From an uncultured Planctomycetaceae bacterium (GTDB taxonomy: Bacteria; Planctomycetota; Planctomycetia; Planctomycetales; Planctomycetaceae), in NCBI GenBank assembly GCA_963815195.1, contig CAWFGE010000013.1, positions 352,001-416,000 on the forward strand: a stretch of 64,000 nucleotides of DNA, read 5' to 3'. The notes under the pieces are model-generated. The model saw only the letters and a program-made list of their open reading frames with translations, did not search any database and was not told where the DNA came from. The position numbers and the translations under genes were made by a program. Shown here piece by piece: positions 62,081 to 64,000 of the stretch (its first letter is position 1; each line of letters opens with the position of its first letter).

Positions 62081-63526
62081 TTATGCCAGAATCGCTTCGA
62101 CGACTTTGCCGTGCACATCGGTCAGGCGGAACCGCCGGCCTTGGTATTTGAAGGTCAGGCGTTCGTGGTCGATGCCCAGCGCATGCAGCATCGTCGCGTG
62201 CAGATCGTGAATGGGCACCGGGTTTTCCGCCACGTTGTAGCCGTAAGGATCGGTTTCGCCGTAGGTCATGCCGCCCTTGATGCCGCCGCCCGCCATCCAC
62301 ATCGTAAAGCACCGCGGATGATGGTCCCGGCCGAAGTTGTTGCCGGCGAGCTTCCCTTGGCAATAATTCGTGCGGCCGAACTCGCCGCCCCAGACGACCA
62401 GCGTCTCGTCGAGCATGCCCCGCTGCTTGAGGTCGGCGATCAAAGCCGCCGACGCCTGGTCGGTCTCCCGGCACTGCACGGGCAGTTGCTTCGGCAAGCC
62501 CCCGTGCTGGTCCCAGCCCTGGTGATAAAGCTGAATAAACCGCACGCCCCGTTCCGCGAGCCGGCGGGCCAACAGGCAATTCGCCGCGAACGTGCCGGGC
62601 TTTTTCGCGTCCTCGCCGTACGTTTTGAAGATATGCTCCGGTTCCTGGGACAGGTCCGTCGCATCGGGGATCGACGTCTGCATGCGAAACGCCAACTCGT
62701 GCTGGGCGATGCGGGTTTCGATCTCCGGATGCGATTCGTTTTCCAATTGCATTTGATGGAGTTCGCGGAGAGCGTCGAGCATGTTCCGTTTGCTGCGGGC
62801 GTCGAGCCCGGCGGGATTACTGAGATAGAGCACCGGATCTTTTCCAGGCCGGAACTGCACGCCCTGATGTTTCGACGGCAAAAACCCGCTGCCCCAAAGC
62901 CTCGACACCAACGGCTGCCCGCCTTTGTCCTTGGTGACCATTACGATGAACGCGGGGAGGTCGGCGTTTTCCGTCCCCAGGCCGTAATCCAGCCAGGCCC
63001 CCATGCTGGGCCGGCCGGGAAACTGCGAGCCGGTCTGCATGAAAGTCACGCCCGGCCCGTGGTTGATCGCTTCGGTGTGCAGCGACTTGACGAAGCAAAT
63101 CTCGTCGGCCACTTTCGCGGTATGGGGCAAGATTTCGCTGAGCCACGCCCCGCTTTCGCCGTGCTGCCGAAACTGAAACGGCGACCCGACCAAAGGCAGG
63201 CTGGCCTGGTTGCCGCTCATCCCCGTGAGCCGCTGCCCCATGCGGACCTCGTCCGGCAGTTGCTGCCCGTGCATTTTGTTGAGCAGCGGTTTGTAATCGT
63301 ACAAATCCATCTGCGACGGGGCGCCGGCCTGGAACAAAAAGATGACTCGCTTCGCCTTCGCCTCGTGATGCAGGCCCGCAGGCATTCCCTCCGCCGCGGC
63401 AGAACCGGCCGGATTCAACAACTCCCCCAGCGCCACCGCCCCCAACCCCAGGCCGAACCGGCCAAGGAGTTCACGCCGGCTCAAACCAGAAGGGGATTCA
63501 TACCCCGTGCAAACAGATTTCATCAT
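62081..63526 (-). CDS. DUF1501 family protein (Tat-exported, sulfatase-like)
   Basis: SRRELL Tat motif, AKRVIFLFQAGAPSQMDLYDYKP, GWDQH, WGGEFGRT, GRDHH, HDLHAT. Confidence 0.92.
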   Translation of the reverse strand: MMKSVCTGYESPSGLSRRELLGRFGLGLGAVALGELLNPAGSAAAEGMPAGLHHEAKAKRVIFLFQAGAPSQMDLYDYKPLLNKMHGQQLPDEVRMGQRLTGMSGNQASLPLVGSPFQFRQHGESGAWLSEILPHTAKVADEICFVKSLHTEAINHGPGVTFMQTGSQFPGRPSMGAWLDYGLGTENADLPAFIVMVTKDKGGQPLVSRLWGSGFLPSKHQGVQFRPGKDPVLYLSNPAGLDARSKRNMLDALRELHQMQLENESHPEIETRIAQHELAFRMQTSIPDATDLSQEPEHIFKTYGEDAKKPGTFAANCLLARRLAERGVRFIQLYHQGWDQHGGLPKQLPVQCRETDQASAALIADLKQRGMLDETLVVWGGEFGRTNYCQGKLAGNNFGRDHHPRCFTMWMAGGGIKGGMTYGETDPYGYNVAENPVPIHDLHATMLHALGIDHERLTFKYQGRRFRLTDVHGKVVEAILA

Positions 63527-63604
63527 GCGATTCCCTAAACTTGGTATCGGTCCCGATAAGAATCTCGTCCATCCGAATCATCGGGCGAGTGAAGTTCTAT
63601 TGAT

Positions 63605-63695
63605 TGCTGTCGCCGCTTCGCGGCTCTATGTCTTTACTCACATCCACTCTGCGGGCTGACGCCCGCAGCTATATGCTGCCGCCGCTTCGCGGCTA
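63605..63695. repeat. REP cluster (GCCGCTTCGCGGCT twice around CTGCGGGCTGACGCCCGCAG)
   Basis: Three short hairpins; first and third are near-identical direct repeats. Confidence 0.75.
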
Positions 63696-63803
63696 AGGCC
63701 TGCGTTCCTTCACTTTTGAGGTTCGTCATTTTGTAGCCTTTGCTCCGCGCTCGCCTTTGCCACTTTGTGGCCTTTGCTCCTTTGTGGCCTTTGCCCCTTC
63801 CAT

Positions 63804-64000
63804 TCAGTGTTTCATCACCACGTCGTCGAAGCACATCAGCGCGTTGGCGACCGAAGCGGCCGCCGCGAGCCGGAGTTTGTCCGTTTTGGGATTCACCGGG
63901 GCATCTCCGATTCTGAGATAGCTTTCGATGCGCCCGGGGTCTTCTTGAAAGTACGCCTGCTGCTTTTCGAAGAGTTTCACAAGCACCTGAAGTTCCCGCT
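63804..64000 (-). CDS. C-terminus of a probable PSD1/DUF1553 planctomycete cytochrome-domain protein (partial)
   Basis: AAAASVANALMCFDDVVMKH-type ending directly upstream of a DUF1501 gene, the usual pairing. Confidence 0.7.
   Translation of the reverse strand, partial: RELQVLVKLFEKQQAYFQEDPGRIESYLRIGDAPVNPKTDKLRLAAAASVANALMCFDDVVMKH

Noticed and set aside
62069..63538. 489-aa plus-strand ORF
   Set aside because: Antisense shadow of the DUF1501 gene

Overview
High-GC bacterial chromosomal segment, almost certainly from a planctomycete (DUF1501 plus DUF1553/PSD1-type gene pair, short SecA paralogue with an M50-HlyD fusion, planctomycete-style secreted proteins). It holds about 50 CDS, one tRNA-Leu(TAA), a RAYT transposase inside its own REP pair, an IS4-family element inserted into a REP (17-bp TIRs, 12-bp target duplication) and at least seven REP-like palindrome families. 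There is no CRISPR array. Main points of interest: (i) an uncharacterised terpenoid/redox cluster (GcvH-like lipoyl carrier, 2x[4Fe-4S] protein, squalene-hopene-cyclase-like enzyme, DUF116-polyprenyl synthase fusion; 15.2-20.9 kb), possibly linked to a transporter/tailoring block at 35.4-43.4 kb; (ii) a non-canonical Pfa-like iterative PKS cluster (ER'-ER-KS-AT-ACP-KR, a KS-less AT-DH-PPTase, ACP, hydrolase, ABC exporter; 43.6-57.9 kb); (iii) a SecA-paralogue/M50-HlyD secretion locus with a 56-aa stand-alone sigma-70 region-4-like ORF missing from the ORF track. About 17 single-base indels interrupt otherwise intact genes and are most likely consensus errors. All family assignments come from motif recognition by eye; no database searches were run.
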